Below are positions 63,782-64,000 of a DNA stretch of 64,000 bases, one piece after another. The notes beneath the pieces were generated by a model, which had not been told where the DNA came from, did not search any database, and saw only the letters and a program-made list of their open reading frames with translations. The DNA is from Escherichia coli (GTDB taxonomy: Bacteria; Pseudomonadota; Gammaproteobacteria; Enterobacterales; Enterobacteriaceae): NCBI RefSeq assembly GCF_044324785.1, contig NZ_CP172127.1; one strand, written 5' to 3'. The position numbers and the translations under genes were made by a program. Within the stretch, counting starts at the first letter, position 1. Every line of letters starts with the position of its first letter.

Positions 63782-64000
63782 ATGGCTAATAAACCTTCGG
63801 CAGAAGAACTGAAAAAAAATTTGTCCGAGATGCAGTTCTACGTGACGCAGAATCATGGGACAGAGCCGCCATTTACGGGTCGTTTACTGCATAACAAGCG
63901 TGACGGCGTATATCACTGTTTGATCTGCGATGCCCCGCTGTTTCATTCCCAAACCAAGTATGATTCCGGCTGTGGCTGGCCCAGTTTCTACGAACCGGTG
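63782..64000 (+). CDS. msrB: Peptide methionine sulfoxide reductase MsrB, 3' end cut by window edge
   Basis: ATG at 63782; [73 protein letters not shown] with CxxC zinc motif; divergent from gapA. Confidence 0.9.

Overview
This window reads as one contiguous, syntenic stretch of Escherichia coli K-12-type core chromosome, and I find no evidence of a foreign or previously undescribed system in it. Gene order runs yobB(partial)-holE-yobA-yebZ-yebY, the SdsR/RyeA sRNA locus, pphA-yebW-yebV-rsmF-letB-letA, msrC-proQ-prc-htpX-yebQ-kdgR-yobH-mgrB-yebO-yobF-cspC-rlmA-mntP-yobD-manZYX, yoaE-pdeD-sdaA-nudL-pabB-yoaH-yoaC-yoaB-yoaA-tsaB-yeaY-fadD-rnd, yeaX-yeaW-yeaV-dmlA-dmlR-leuE-yeaR-yoaG-yeaQ-yoaJ-yoaK-dgcP-yoaF-yeaO-yeaN-nimR-yeaL-yoaI-yeaK-dgcJ-dgcI-yeaH-yeaG-mipA-yeaE-yeaD-gapA-msrB(partial). 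Calls rest on recognising the translated ORFs, on ORF lengths agreeing with the lengths I recall for the K-12 proteins once N-terminal over-extensions in the track are trimmed, and on gene order; no database search was run. There are no transposase, integrase or phage genes, no CRISPR array and no obvious compositional island. The track's 60-aa cutoff misses several genes that I read directly from the DNA: mgrB (GTG start), yobF, yoaH, yoaJ, yoaK, yoaI, the SdsR/RyeA sRNAs and the mntP leader riboswitch. The regions most worth a second look are the mntP Mn2+ leader with upstream MntR-like palindromes, the SdsR/RyeA antisense pair, the yeaG-yeaH kinase module, the yeaVWX carnitine-to-TMA genes, a cluster of four c-di-GMP enzymes, tiny membrane-protein genes (yoaJ/yoaK/yoaI), and several convergent gene pairs with abutting or overlapping ends.
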